From Centroscyllium fabricii (lineage: Eukaryota), in assembly GCA_051313645.2 (NCBI GenBank), contig JBNRSN020000003.1, positions 19,964,001 through 20,028,000 of the forward strand: DNA of 64,000 nucleotides. Direction: 5' to 3'. The notes beneath the pieces were generated by a model. It saw only the letters and a list, made by a program, of their open reading frames with translations. It searched no databases and was not told the DNA's origin. Both the position numbers and the translations under genes were made by a program. This document shows positions 47,880 to 59,836 of this stretch, piece after piece. The stretch's first letter is position 1, and every line of letters begins with the position of its first letter.

Positions 47880-48647
47880 GGCCCAAAAATTAGGGTGACT
47901 GCGGGCCGTTCTGGAGCCGGGTACTCGCGTGTGGGCTCCAAATTGCAGGTCGCAGCCATTTCCCGGTGCTACCTGCAATTCCGATGAAGGCCAGCGGGGG
48001 GGTCGCGAGCTGCAGCCGGCTGAAGCGCGTTCGCCTGTGCACCAGGAGGTGCGCAGCAGGATTCCAATTTTTTTCAGAGTTCTTTTTAATCGGGGTAAGT
48101 ATTGAAAAAGTTACACTGAAAAATATCAGCCGTAACGACCCCTTTTTATCAGGTAAATGTTTTATTTTATAGAATTTAAGTTTGTTTTTTTACAGGTTTT
48201 TACATTTTTTAAACTTTAAAAAGACAGGTAAGTATTTTTTTAGGCCAGTTAAAAACTTTTTTTTTTTTAATCTAAATTTTAATTTTTTTCTTTAAAATAG
48301 GTAATTTATGTTAGAGTATTGTTAAAAAATGTGGTGTTTTTTAAATTTTATTTTTGTGTTTAGATGTGTTTTTGAAGCTCTTCCTTTTCATAACTTACAC
48401 AGATTTCGCCATGTAAGTTATGAATGGAGGATTGCTTCCATTCATTGGCTCCCTGCAGATCACGTGGTCCCGCGCGCGATCTCCCACTAACTGCGACGTT
48501 GAGTTACACCAGCATGGCACCTGGAGCCTGCAGCAGCTTTACAAATCGGGATTTCACATCCTAGAATTGCAGAACGGCAGGAGCGCAGAGCAAGTGGATC
48601 TCGGAGGCATACACGCGCAGGAAGCCTCCGAGGCTAATTTTTGGGCC
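47880..48647. mobile_element. Harbinger-like non-autonomous element, right arm (inverted relative of the left arm)
   Basis: Perfect 14-bp TIR GGCCCAAAAATTAG / CTAATTTTTGGGCC. The body is a diverged reverse complement of 47103-47876. Confidence 0.75.
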
Positions 48648-49417
48648 TAAAGGGGCGTTCGAAACTCAGTTGGAGGTAGGATAGGAACGTTGGACGGGCC
48701 GATCGACCTTTTCTCATCCTGATGGTCTTGTGTAATTAAAATTGTTCATATTTAAAAATGTAAACCAAATCTCGTTGGAAAATTAGCTTTTTCCAAATTG
48801 GCATTCAATTAACAAAAATACCACAGCACGTAGGCGAACTCTGCGACGCTGCATTGTTGAATATACCATTCTTTGGACATTAAACCTGGGCCGTTTGCCT
48901 GTCCAATGGTTCAGACGGACTTAACAGATTCTACAGCACTATTCTGAGAAGAACAAGGTGCTCTGTTCCTGTCTAGCATTCCTACTTCAACCCAAATCAC
49001 ATTAACTGGCCATTCACTCATTGTAACTTTTGGGATCTTGCGATGCACAAAATAGCTGCCACATTTGCCGACAGAACAAATGGGTGCCGTATCTGCCTAC
49101 ATGACAGTAGACAAGCAATGGCTAGCATTAAAAAAATGAATACATAATTTACAACAAGTATACATTCCTTTAAGGGACAACCCCGCCCCCCTCCCCCCCC
49201 CAGGAAAAGTGGTCCAACCATGGCTAGCAAGAGAAGTTAAAGCTAGTATTAGATCAAAGGAAGAGGCTTATAATGTTGTCAAAAAGACTCAGCCTGAGGA
49301 TTGGGAGGATTTTAGAATTCAGCAAAGGAGGACCAAGAAATTGATAAGGAAAGAGAAAAAGAATTCGAGAGTAAATTAGCAAGCAACATAAAAAGATGGT
49401 AAACGTTTCTGTTGGTA

Positions 49418-50296
49418 CAGGTTGAGCACCGTTAATCCGGTAACCGAATAGCCGGCAGCTTCAGTCTGCCGGCACAAATTGCCCCGACTGCACTGCGCAT
49501 GCGCAAAATGGCAGCCGCCATCGTGGCTTCAACGAATGATCTGCGCATGCGCCAAGCGCATGCGCAGATCATTCAAAACAGCTGCGGGTGTTTTGAATGA
49601 TCTGCGCATGCGTCGCCGGAAGGTTAGCGCATGCGCAGATAATTCAATACGGCCGCCGGTTATTTTATCGATAACTGTAATTGAAGCCATGATGTGGAGG
49701 TGCTGGTGTTGGACTGGGATGGACAATTGTAAGAAGCCACACAGCACCAGGCTGTAGTCCAAAAGTCCCACTCGAAATCACAGGGCCTTCGGAGCGCCGC
49801 TCCCCCATCACCTGACGGGGAAGCGGCGCTCCGAAAGCCCGTGACCCCAACTAAAACCGTTGGACCACAGCCTGGCGCCGTGTGACCTCTTACAGAGCAA
49901 AACGGGATTGGATAAATTGCCCCCCCGCCGACCCGCGCCACCCTCCTTTCCCCCCCCGGACCCGCGCCTTCCTCCTCCCCGCCCCCGGACCCGCGCCTTC
50001 CTCCCCCCCGCCGCGCCACGCCACCCTCCTGCCTCCCCCCGCAAGACCGGCCTTTCACTGCTGCCCGACAGCCCTAAACGGAACGCCACAAAAGCCTGAG
50101 CCCATCAAAAAACTTCGCGGCGGCCAATATTGGACGATCTGCGCATGCGCGCGCCAGCCAATACCAATGTTGCGCGCATGCGCGCTGCCATTGTGACTGG
50201 TGCGCATGCGCAGTGTCCAAACTCGTTCTCCCGGTTTTTTCCATTTCCCGGCACGGGCCTGGTCCCGCCCGTGCCGGATTAACGGTGCTCAACCTG
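49418..50296. mobile_element. Tigger-like MITE carrying a Penelope-derived palindrome
   Basis: Perfect TIRs CAGGTTGAGCACCGTTAATCCGG / CCGGATTAACGGTGCTCAACCTG, TA TSD. Confidence 0.92.
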
Positions 50297-50618
50297 TATT
50301 TTGTTTTTAAATTTGTTTATGGGATGTGGGCATCGCGGACAAGGCCAGCATTTATTGCCCGTTCCTAGTTGCCCTTGAGAAGGTGGTGGTGAGCTGCAGT
50401 CCGTGTGGTGAAGGTACTCCCACAGCGCTGTTAGGGAAGGAGTTCCAATGGTTCAGTTGGACTTGACAGATTCTACAGCACTATTCCAAGAAGCTCTGTC
50501 CCTATCCTGTCTGTATGTAAATAGGAAGAGATTCGTGAAAGTAAACGTGGACCCATTAGAGGCAGAGACAGGAGAAATTATAATGGGCAACCAGGAAATA
50601 GAGAGAGATTAACAAATA

Positions 50619-51430
50619 CAGGTTGAGCACCGGTAATCCGGCACCCGATGGTCCGGAACCGTCAGTGGTCCGGCACGAATGGAAACCGGCGCTCGCTATT
50701 TTGCAGAGCAGCCGCTCAGTGGCGCCACCGTTTCCCGCGAAGGGTGAGCGAGCGCCAAAGGCGTCGGGTGTTTGGGTTTGTTTTTTTTAGGTGTTCTAAG
50801 TGTTCTATCCCCGGGCTCCCTCCCAGGGAGTGTTCTACCCGCGTGCTCCAGGACCCAGGGAGTGTTCTACCCGCGCGCTCTGGGCCCCAGGGAGTGTTCT
50901 ACCACACACTCCGGGCCCCGGGGAGTGTTCTACCACACACTCCGGGCCCTGGGGAGTGTTCTACCGCGCGCTCCGGGCCCCGGGGAGTGTTCTACCGCGC
51001 GCTCCGGGCCCCGGGGAGCGTTCTACCGCGCGCTCCGGGCCCCGGGGAGCGTTCTACCGCGCGCTCCGGGCCCCGGGGAGCGTTCTACCGCGCGCTCCGG
51101 GCCCCGGGGAGCGTTCTACCGCGCGCTCCGGGCCCCGGGGAGCGTTCTACCGCGCGCTCCGGGCCCCGGGGAGCGTTCTACCGCGCGCTCCGGGCCCCGG
51201 GGAGCGTTCTACCGCGCGCTCCGGGCCCCGGGGAGCGTTCTACCGCGCGCTCCGGGCCCCGGGGAGCGTTCTACCGCGCGCTCCGGGCCCTGGGGAGTGT
51301 TCCACCGCGCGCTCCGGGCCCCGGCGAGTGTTCTACCGCGCGCTCCCCCCGAACCTTCAGTGGTTCGGAATTTTCAGTGGTCCAGCACCGGCCTGGTCCC
51401 GAGGGTGCCGGATTAACGGTGCTCAACCTG
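50619..51430. mobile_element. Tigger-like MITE with a 31-bp minisatellite
   Basis: TIRs as in the 49418 copy with 1 mismatch, TA TSD. Unit CCGGGGAGCGTTCTACCGCGCGCTCCGGGCC at about 50830-51345. Confidence 0.92.
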
Positions 51431-52566
51431 TACTTGGTAACTGTCTTCATGGTACCAGACACATTTATTCCTGAAATAATGGGAAATCAAACGCCTAGAG
51501 TAAATGAGGAACTCAAAAGAAATCAGTATAAGTAAAGACATAGTACTGGAGAAATTAATGGGACTAAGTGGAGACAAATCCCCTGGTCCTGATGGCCTGC
51601 ATCCGAGGGTTTTAAAAGAGGGAGCTGCAGAGATGGTGGATGCACTGTTATTAATCTTCCAGAATTCCCTAGATTCTAGAACAGTCCCCAATGATTGGGA
51701 GGTAGCAAACATAACGCCGCTATTTAAGAAAGGAGGAAGAGAAAAACAGGGAACGATAGACCAGTTAGCCTGACATCAGTAGTGGGCAAAATGCTAGAAT
51801 CTATTATTAGGGACGTGGTAACAGGGCACTTAGAATATCGCAACATGATTAGGCAGAGTCAACATGGTTTTATGAAAGGTAAATTGTGTTTGTTAGAGTT
51901 TTTTGAAGGTGTAACTAGTAGGATGGATAAAATGGAACCAGTGGATGTCGTGTATTTGGATTTTTTTTAAACATTTCGATAAGGTGCCACACAAGAGGTT
52001 ATTACACAAAATTAGGACTCATGGTATTGTGGGTAATATATTAAGCATAGACTGGTTCATGCACAGAAAGGAATAAATGGGGCTTTTTCAGGTTGGCACG
52101 CTGTAACTAGCAGGGTTACCGCAAGGATCAGTGCTGGGGCCTCGGCTATTTACAATCTGTATTAATGACTTCGATGAAGGGACTGAGTGTCACGTAGACA
52201 AGTTTGCTGATGATACAAAGTTAGGTGGGAAAGTAAGCTGTGAAGAGGACGCAAAGAGGCTGCAGAGAGATATCGACTGGTTGACTGAGTGGGCAAGAAC
52301 ATGGCAAATGGAATACAATGTGGGGAAGTGTGAAGTTATCCACTTTGGTAGCAAAACAAGAATATTTTTTGAATGGCGAGGGACTGGGAAATATTTGCAC
52401 TCAGAGGGACCAGGGTGTCCTTGTACATGAATCACAGAAAGTTAACACGCTGGTACAGAAAGCAATTAGGAAAGCAAATGGAATGTTAGCTTTTGTTACA
52501 AAGTGGTTAGAGTATAAGAGTAAATAAGTCTTATTACAATTATACAGGGCATTGGTGAGGCAACAC

Positions 52567-53525
52567 CTTTTTTTTATCCATTGATGGGATGTGGGCGTCG
52601 CTGGCTGGCTAGGCCTGCATTTAGTGCCCATCTCCAATTGCCCTTGAGAAGATGGTGGTGAGCCGCCTTCTTGAACCGCTGCAGTCCATATGGTGTAGGT
52701 ACACCCACAATGTCATTAGGAAGGGAGTTAAAATAGAAGATAGGAGCAGGAGAAGGCCAGTTGGCCCTTCGAGCCTGCTCCACCATTCAACGAGATCATG
52801 GCTGATCATCCAAACCCAGCACCCTGTCCCCGCCTTGTCCCCACATCCCTTGATCCCCATCGAGCCTGCACCGACACATATCCCACCCTATCCCCGTAAC
52901 CCCACATATTCAATCCCCCTAACACTAAGGGTCAATTTATCATGGCCAATCAACCTAACCCGCACATCTTTGGACTGTGGGAGGAAACCGGAGCACCCGG
53001 AGGAAACCCACGCAGACACGGGGAGAATGTGCAAACTCCACACAGATAGTACCCGAGGCTGGATTTGAACCCGGGTCTCTAGTGCTGTAAGGCAACAGTG
53101 CTAACCACTATGCCACCGTGCCGCCCAGGATTTTGGCCCAGCGACAGTGAAGGAGCGGCGATACAGGTCCAAGTCACGATGGTGTGTGGCTTGGAGGGGA
53201 ACTTGTAGGTGGTGCTGTTCCCATGCGTCTGCTGCCCTTGTCCTTCTAAGTGGTAGAAGTCGCGGGTTTGGAAGGTGCTGTTGAAGGAGCTTTGGCGAGT
53301 TGCTGCAGTGCATCTTGTAGATGGTACACACTGCAGCCACAGTGCGCCGGTGGTGGAGGGAGTGAATGTTGAAGGTGGTGGATGGAGTGCCAATCAAGCG
53401 GCCTGCTTTACCCTGAATGGTGTCGAGCTTCTTGAGTGTTGTTGGAGCTGCACTCATCCAGGCAAGTGGAGAGTATTCCATCACACTCCTGACTTGTGCC
53501 TTGTAGATGGTGGAAAGGCTTTGGA
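52567..53525 (-). mobile_element. 3' fragment of the 28105 LINE family, containing an HE1 SINE (52733-53126, - strand)
   Basis: ORF 53101..53484 (MEYSPLAWMSAAPTTLKKLDTIQ...HSLHHRR). SINE V domain inside. Confidence 0.85.
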
Positions 53526-53815
53526 CTGTGGACAGTTCTGGTCTCCTTACCTGAGGAAAGACAGACTTGCCTTAGAGGGAGTGCAGCGAAGGTTCACCAG
53601 ACTGATTCCTGGGATGAGGGGATTGCCCTATGAGGAGAGATTGAATAGACTCCGCCTATATTCACTCGAGTTTAGAAATATGAGGTGATCTAATTGAAAC
53701 ATAGAACATTCTTAAGGGGCTTGACAGGGTTAATGCTGAGAAAATGTTTTCCCTGGCTGAGGAATCTAGAACACAGGGTCACTGTCACAGAATAGAGGGT
53801 CAGCCATTTGGGACT

Positions 53816-54045
53816 TGTGGTAAACCACTGTTTTTATATAGTTGCCTCTTGCCTGTGTGTATACATGCCTGGGCATGCCTGAAGCTGACTCCGCCCCCCA
53901 GCCTACCTGATATAGGCCCAGACTCTGGGAGCCTGGCCCAGTACAAGGAGTTGCCAGTCAGCCGAAGGATGTTCCAGGGTTCTTAGTGAATAAAAGCCTC
54001 AGTTGTATTCTCAACTTCGTCTCGAGTATAACTGATCGTGCATCA
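53816..54045 (+). mobile_element. Solo LTR
   Basis: TG...CA ends, perfect 5-bp TSD GGACT, same family as 12251-12477. Confidence 0.92.
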
Positions 54046-54593
54046 GGACTGAGACGAGAAATTTCTGTACTCAAAGGGTTGCTAATCTTTGGAATTCTCT
54101 ACCACAGAGAGCTATGGAGGCTCAGTCATTGCGTATATTCAAGACAGAGATCGCTAGATTTTGGGGAGCGAAGGTGATTAAGGGATATGGGGATAAAGCA
54201 GGAAGGTGGAGTTGAGTAGAAGATCAGCCACGATCTTGTTGAATGGTGGAGCAGGCTCGAGGGGGTGTATGGCCGACTCCTGCTCCTATTTGTTATGTTA
54301 TGACAAGAGTCACTGTGCTGTAATAGTTAACTCAGTGTTAAGTGAAGCACTTTGAACCGATTCTGAAACATGTAAAAAGGCACTTGTTGAAAATAGCTCA
54401 TTATCAATTTAAACATACAAGTAAATGTAGCACATTTCAAGTAATGCCCATGTAAATTAAACAGAAAAATAATTTTTCTTTGCTTTTTTTTTTAGATGTA
54501 GGAAAAGGCAATTTGGCACGGTCACAAAAACTGCAAAGATCAAAAGGGGCAACACATGTGAATTAAATTTCTGTTCAAGAAGTTTTAACTCTA

Positions 54594-54815
<222 letters not shown>

Positions 54816-54852
54816 TCATCTTTTGTTTCTGAACTCCAAAGATGCCAAGGAC

Positions 54853-55700
54853 TCAATTCAATTCAATTCAATTCAAATTGCTTTATTGGCATGACAAGAT
54901 ACATCCTATGTTGCCAAAGCACAAAAAAGAACATATACAGTTGGACATACAAATGCATAACTAGACATATATAATGAATAACTATGCATACACATACACA
55001 TAAAAAACCCGCATATAGATCTAATACAGTTGGACATACAAATGCATAACCAGACGTATTGAATGAATAACTATGCATACACATACACATAAAAACCCGC
55101 ATATAGATACGTAATAAATAGTTACGCACATACATAATACATATAATGAATAGTTACGCACATACATACATTTATACCCGCATATAGAGCTTGTATGCTC
55201 ATCCTAGCTTCGATGGTCCCTGGTTGTCCCTCTGCTTATGGCAAGCTGCGACGTAGTTTGCCGCCAATCTTACACAGTCCCTCTGTTCCCCTAATAGGTA
55301 TGGGAGTTTCTGGTGGTCGGTCAAGTTTTTGAATTCAGGGCATGTTGTTGCAAATTTTGGGAAGAAATTATCCCTTATTCCCTGATAATTTTCGCAAGTT
55401 GTGAGGAAGTGCGGCTCTGTCTCCACCGCTCCCTGACTGCAGTGGGAGCACAGCCTTTCTTCTCTGGGCAGCCAAGTCTTTCTGTGTCTGCCTTTTTCGA
55501 TGGCTAGGCTGTGCTCACAAAGTCTGTACATTGTCAGGGTTTTTCTCAGTTTGCTATCTTTCACCATGGACAGGTAATCGGCCATGGTGTATTGTCTGTT
55601 TAGGGCCAAATAACACTCTAGTTTGTTTTGGGTTTTAGTCGTTTCTGTCCAGTAATTCAGGTATTTTTCTTTTTGTTTAGTAATAATTGTGTTGGGTCGG
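54853..55700 (-). mobile_element. LINE 3' fragment with a C-terminal CCHC zinc knuckle (RTEX-like)
   Basis: ORF 55199..55609 (LTMYRLCEHSLAIEKGRH...ERLCSHC...ETEPHFLTTC). CATGCCAATAAA(GAATT)n tail. Clade is tentative. Confidence 0.75.
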
Positions 55701-55954
55701 ACTCTGTGTGCTAGGGCGTCGCTGTCCAGGGGCTGGCTGTTATCAGTAGTGTTAGTAGTTTTTCCGCTAGGTTGGTTGTTAACAGTAGTGTTAGTCGTTA
55801 CTTCGCTAAGTCCTAGGACTAGTTGGTTGAGGGGACTTCTTTTTATGTTCGCTCCTCCTCCCTACATTCCCAATCAACACTCAGCACGCACTTACCTACT
55901 TTAAATCTGCCTTCCCTTTTGCACTTAAATATCAGATTCTCGCAATACTGGGCA

Positions 55955-56520
55955 ACTTCCGGGAGCGGGACCAAGATGGCGGCGCGTGTACACGCAGCGG
56001 CTCTACGTCTCCTGGGACGGTGCTGTCCGCTGGCGGTTCCGGGTCTGTTCGCTCGGCGGGGGCCAGCGTGGCGGCGGACTTGTTGGAGCTCTGAGGAGCG
56101 CCAGTGCTTGTGTGGTCTCCGAGGTCGGAGTGCCGGAGGTCGGCAAGTTTGGAGCGCCGGGGCCTGCAGAGTCGGAGTGCCGGTGCCTGCGTGGTCGCCG
56201 GGGCGGTCGTGGCGTCGGAGGTCGGCGAGTTCGGAGCGCCAGAGGTCGGCGAGTTCAGAGCACTGGGGCCTGCAGAGTCGGAGTGCCGGTGCCTGCGTGG
56301 TCACCGAGGTGGTCGTAGCGTCGGGGGTCGGCGAGTTTGGAGCGCCAGAGCCTGCGTGGTCGAAGCACCAGGGCCAACAGAGTTGAACAGTCTGGGACTT
56401 GAAGCAATGGACATTTTTAACATCTGCATCGTTTTTTGGGTAGTCTGCAAGTATGCATTTCGTTGTATTGTGTTTCACTATGCAATGACAATAAAATTGA
56501 ATCTGAATCTGATCTGATCT
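55955..56520 (+). mobile_element. Non-coding Rex1-tailed retroelement with a YY1-type head, apparently full length
   Basis: ACTTCCGG...CAAGATGGCGGCGCG head, GC-rich internal repeats, TGCAATGACAATAAA(ATCTG)n tail. Confidence 0.8.
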
Positions 56521-56977
56521 TTTTCAACTCTGCAGTCTGGCCAGTAAGCCTGGCTGAATGAATCACCCACCTGCCCGATTTTCATTCCAGCGATTTCCAT
56601 GGAATGGAAATCGAGTGGGTTCGACAACAGGCGTAATCGTCTCCACCGGCTTACCGCCCGAGGGACAAGAGTTGAAAACTACCCCCACGGTTTCAGGAGA
56701 GAAACCACCAGGACAAGAGAAAGGTGTCCAAAATGAGTGATTTTAGCAGACAATTACAAAAATGGGTTACAGCATCTATCAGAGACTTGGAGAAACAAAA
56801 TATTATTTGTAAATATTTTCCAAAATGGTTTTGGCAAGAACTAGAATGTAATTCTTCCCAACTGCTGGCATAAATGCCGCCAAAGGCAGAATGGGTTATT
56901 CTTCTGAAATTGTAGAAAAACAATTTTAGACGGCTTCAGCTTATAACTGTATATTTAGCACCGAACTAATTCACTCG

Positions 56978-57458
56978 GTTGATTCCGGAGATGAGGGGGT
57001 TGACTTATGAGGAAAGGTTGAGTAGGTTGGGCCTCTGCTCATTGGAGTTCAGAAGAACGAGAGGCGATCTTATCGAAACATATAAGATTGTGAGGGGGCT
57101 TGATCGGGTGGATGCGTTGAGGATGTTTCCACTGATGGGTGAGTCTAGAACTAGGGGGCATCATCTGAGAATAAGGGGCTGCCCTTTCCAAACTGAGATG
57201 AGAAGAAACTTCTTCACTCAGAGAGGGTGGGGAGTCTGTGGAATTTGCTGCCTCAGCGAGCTGTGGAAGCTGGAACATTAAATAAATTTAAATCAGAAAT
57301 AGACAGCTTCCTAGCTGATAAGGGAATAAGGGGTTACGGGGAACGGGCAGGGAAGTGGATGTGAATCTAAGTTCAGATCAGCCATGATCCTATTAAATGG
57401 CGGAGGAGGCCCGAAGGGCCGTATGGCCGACTCCTGCTCCTACTTCTTAAGTTCTTGT
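56978..57458 (+). mobile_element. CR1 LINE 3' fragment
   Basis: ORF 56979..57281, followed by the 3' UTR. Confidence 0.9.
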
Positions 57459-57499
57459 GAACCTGGCCTCGGAATGCTTGATGCAACACCGGATAATGT

Positions 57500-58050
57500 G
57501 GAGGTGCCTTCAAGATACACGACAACGCAAAATCGTCGAGCAGAGGCTGATTGCCAAGTTCCGCACCCATGAGCACGGCCTCAACCGTGATATTGGGTTT
57601 ATGTCACGCTACATGTGACCCCGCCTGGCGTGGAGTCGTCCAGATCCGAACCATCTTTGGCTTGCTCTGCAATTTTGAGTAAGAAAAATCATGGTTTTTA
57701 TAAAAAAAGTAATACTGTGGGACTTACAGCAGACTAGCGTTAGGCCCTGTGACTGCACCCCTTTGATGTGTTTTTTTTTGCTTTAATAAGGGGGGAAAAA
57801 AATCATTCTGTGTGTTTTGAGCATGTGACCACCCTTGCAATTGTGCCCCATTGTTCGCAGATTGAGGTGTTAAGGTATGCTAATATGCTTGTGTGCTCTA
57901 GGGGAAGAGGTCGGATTTCTCCCTTCCTCCGATATGTGTGATCTTTAAATCAGTCTCTTCTGTCACCTGAGGAAGGAGCAGCGCTCCGAAAGCTTGTGAT
58001 TTAAAATAAAACGTTGGACTATAAACCTGGTGTTGTGTGACTTTTTGCAT
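57500..58050 (+). mobile_element. Penelope-like element 3' end
   Basis: Encodes DTRQRKIVEQRLIAKFRTHEHGLNRDIGFMSRYM* (GIY-YIG C-terminus), then a terminal repeat with a hammerhead motif. Confidence 0.82.
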
Positions 58051-58159
58051 TCAACACCGGATAACCCAGGCGTGAGGGTTCCATGCGCTGGCAATGCTCT
58101 TGTTGAGCAAACTCAAAACTGTATTCATTCAGTGCTCGTCTTTCTTCAATGCAGCAGCA

Positions 58160-58945
58160 CGCTTGCCTCGGTCCTGGGTTCAAGTCTGACACCAGGGCTC
58201 AGGTGCACAATCTGTGCTGAAACTTGAGTGCAGTACTGAGGAAACGCAGTCGGAGGAGACATCTCTCGGACGAGGTGTTAAACCGAGTTCCTGCCTGCTC
58301 TGGTGGACAGAAAAGATCCCGTGGCACTCCCAGAGTTACTGGCCAACGTTTATGCCTCAACCAACACGACCAAAACAAATGACTGTACTTGGCCATTTAC
58401 ATAGAAACATAGAAGATAGGAGCAGGAGTCGGCCATTCGGCCCTTCGAGCCTGCTCCGCCATTCAATGAGATCATGGCTGATCATCCAAACCCAGCACCC
58501 CGTCCCTGCCTTGTCCCCATATCCCTCGATCCTGCACCGACACATATCCCACCCTATCCCCGTAACTCCACATATTCAATCCCCCTAACACTAAGGGTCA
58601 TTTTATCCTGGCCAATCAACCTAACCCGCACATCTTTGGACTGTGGGAGGAAACCGGAGCACCCGGAGGAAACCCACGCAGACACGGGGAGAATGTGCAA
58701 ACTCCACACAGATTGTACCCGAGGCTGGATTTGAACCCGGGTCTCCAGTGCTGTGAGGCAACAGTGCTAACCATTGAGCCACCGTGTTTCATTGCTTTGT
58801 GGGACCTTGCTTTGCGACAATTAGCGGTTATGGTTCCCTACATAACAACAGTGACTACGCTTCAAAAGTACCTCATTGGCTGTAAAGCGCTCGAAGATAT
58901 CCTGAAGTCGTGAAAGGCGCTGCACAAATGCGAGTCTCTCTTCTG
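58160..58945. mobile_element. Diverged Deu-type SINE (+) split by an HE1 SINE (58398-58785, - strand)
   Basis: AAAAGATCCCGTGGCACT core and GTGAAAGGCGCT tail on either side of a V-SINE. Confidence 0.78.
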
Positions 58946-59104
58946 TATAAAAGTCGGCAATTATGCTTAGAAAGCAATTTATTGGCAGTGAAGTGCTTTG
59001 GGACATGCCGGGAGCAAGAAAGGCACTATATAAATGCAAGTTCTTTCATTCCTCCTGCCTTCCAGTGCATCATCTTGAGCCTTTCACTGCTTCCTTCAAT
59101 TTTA

Positions 59105-59836
59105 TGCTTGGTGCATCGGCGAGACCACGCAGACGCTACGACAACGGATAAACGGGCACCGCGCAACAATCGCCAGGCAGGAGTGTTCCCTCCCAGTCGG
59201 GGAACATTTCAGCGGTCAAGGACATTCAGCTTCCGATCTTCGGGTGAGCATTCTCCAGGGTGGCCTTCGAGATACACGACAACGCAAAATCGTCGAGCAG
59301 AGGCTGATAGCCAAGTTCCGCACCCATGAGCACGGCCTCAACCGTGATATTGGGTTTATGTCGCGCTACATGTGACCCCGCCTGACGTAGAGTCATCCAG
59401 ACTCGAACCATCTTTGGCTTGTTCTGCGATTTTAAATAAGAAAAATCCTGGTTTTTAAAAAATCATGATGTGGGATTTAAAGCAGACTGTAACATTTGAC
59501 CCTTTGTGTCTGCAACCTTTGATATGTTGGAAAACCTTTGATTGCTTTGATGTCCCTCAGCTGAGGTGTGATGTGAAACAACTGGAGAGACCACATTGTT
59601 ATCTCTCTCTATATATGCTATGTTTAAATGAAACACTTAAAATATGTTAATAAGCCTTTGTGTGTCTAGCTCTACTGAGGTGAGATGTGGGAGATATCGG
59701 ATTTCTCTCTTCATCACACATGTGCGTTCTTTAAGTCAGTCTCTCTTTCACCTGACGAAGGGGCAGACGCTCCGAAAGCTTGTGATTTAAAATAAACCTG
59801 TTGGACTATAATCTGGTGTTGTGTGGCTTCTTGCAA
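59105..59836 (+). mobile_element. Penelope-like element 3' end (second copy)
   Basis: Longer GIY-YIG piece (LRQRINGHRATIARQ...PVGEHFS...GLNRDIGF) and the same terminal repeat. Confidence 0.85.

Larger units (their letters stand above)
49140..54302 (+). mobile_element. Older CR1 LINE broken by multiple nested insertions
   Basis: Collinear ORF2 pieces at about 49140-49417, 50510-50618, 51431-52566 (KSPGPDGLHPRVLKE, SQHGFMKG, KFADDTK) and 53525-54302. Confidence 0.85.

Noticed and set aside
50648-51535. Long ORFs (214-295 aa) open in three frames
   Set aside because: Artefact of a stop-free GC-rich 31-bp minisatellite. The same applies to the ORFs at 38707-39257, 61375-62047, 9564-10267 and 55823-56517.
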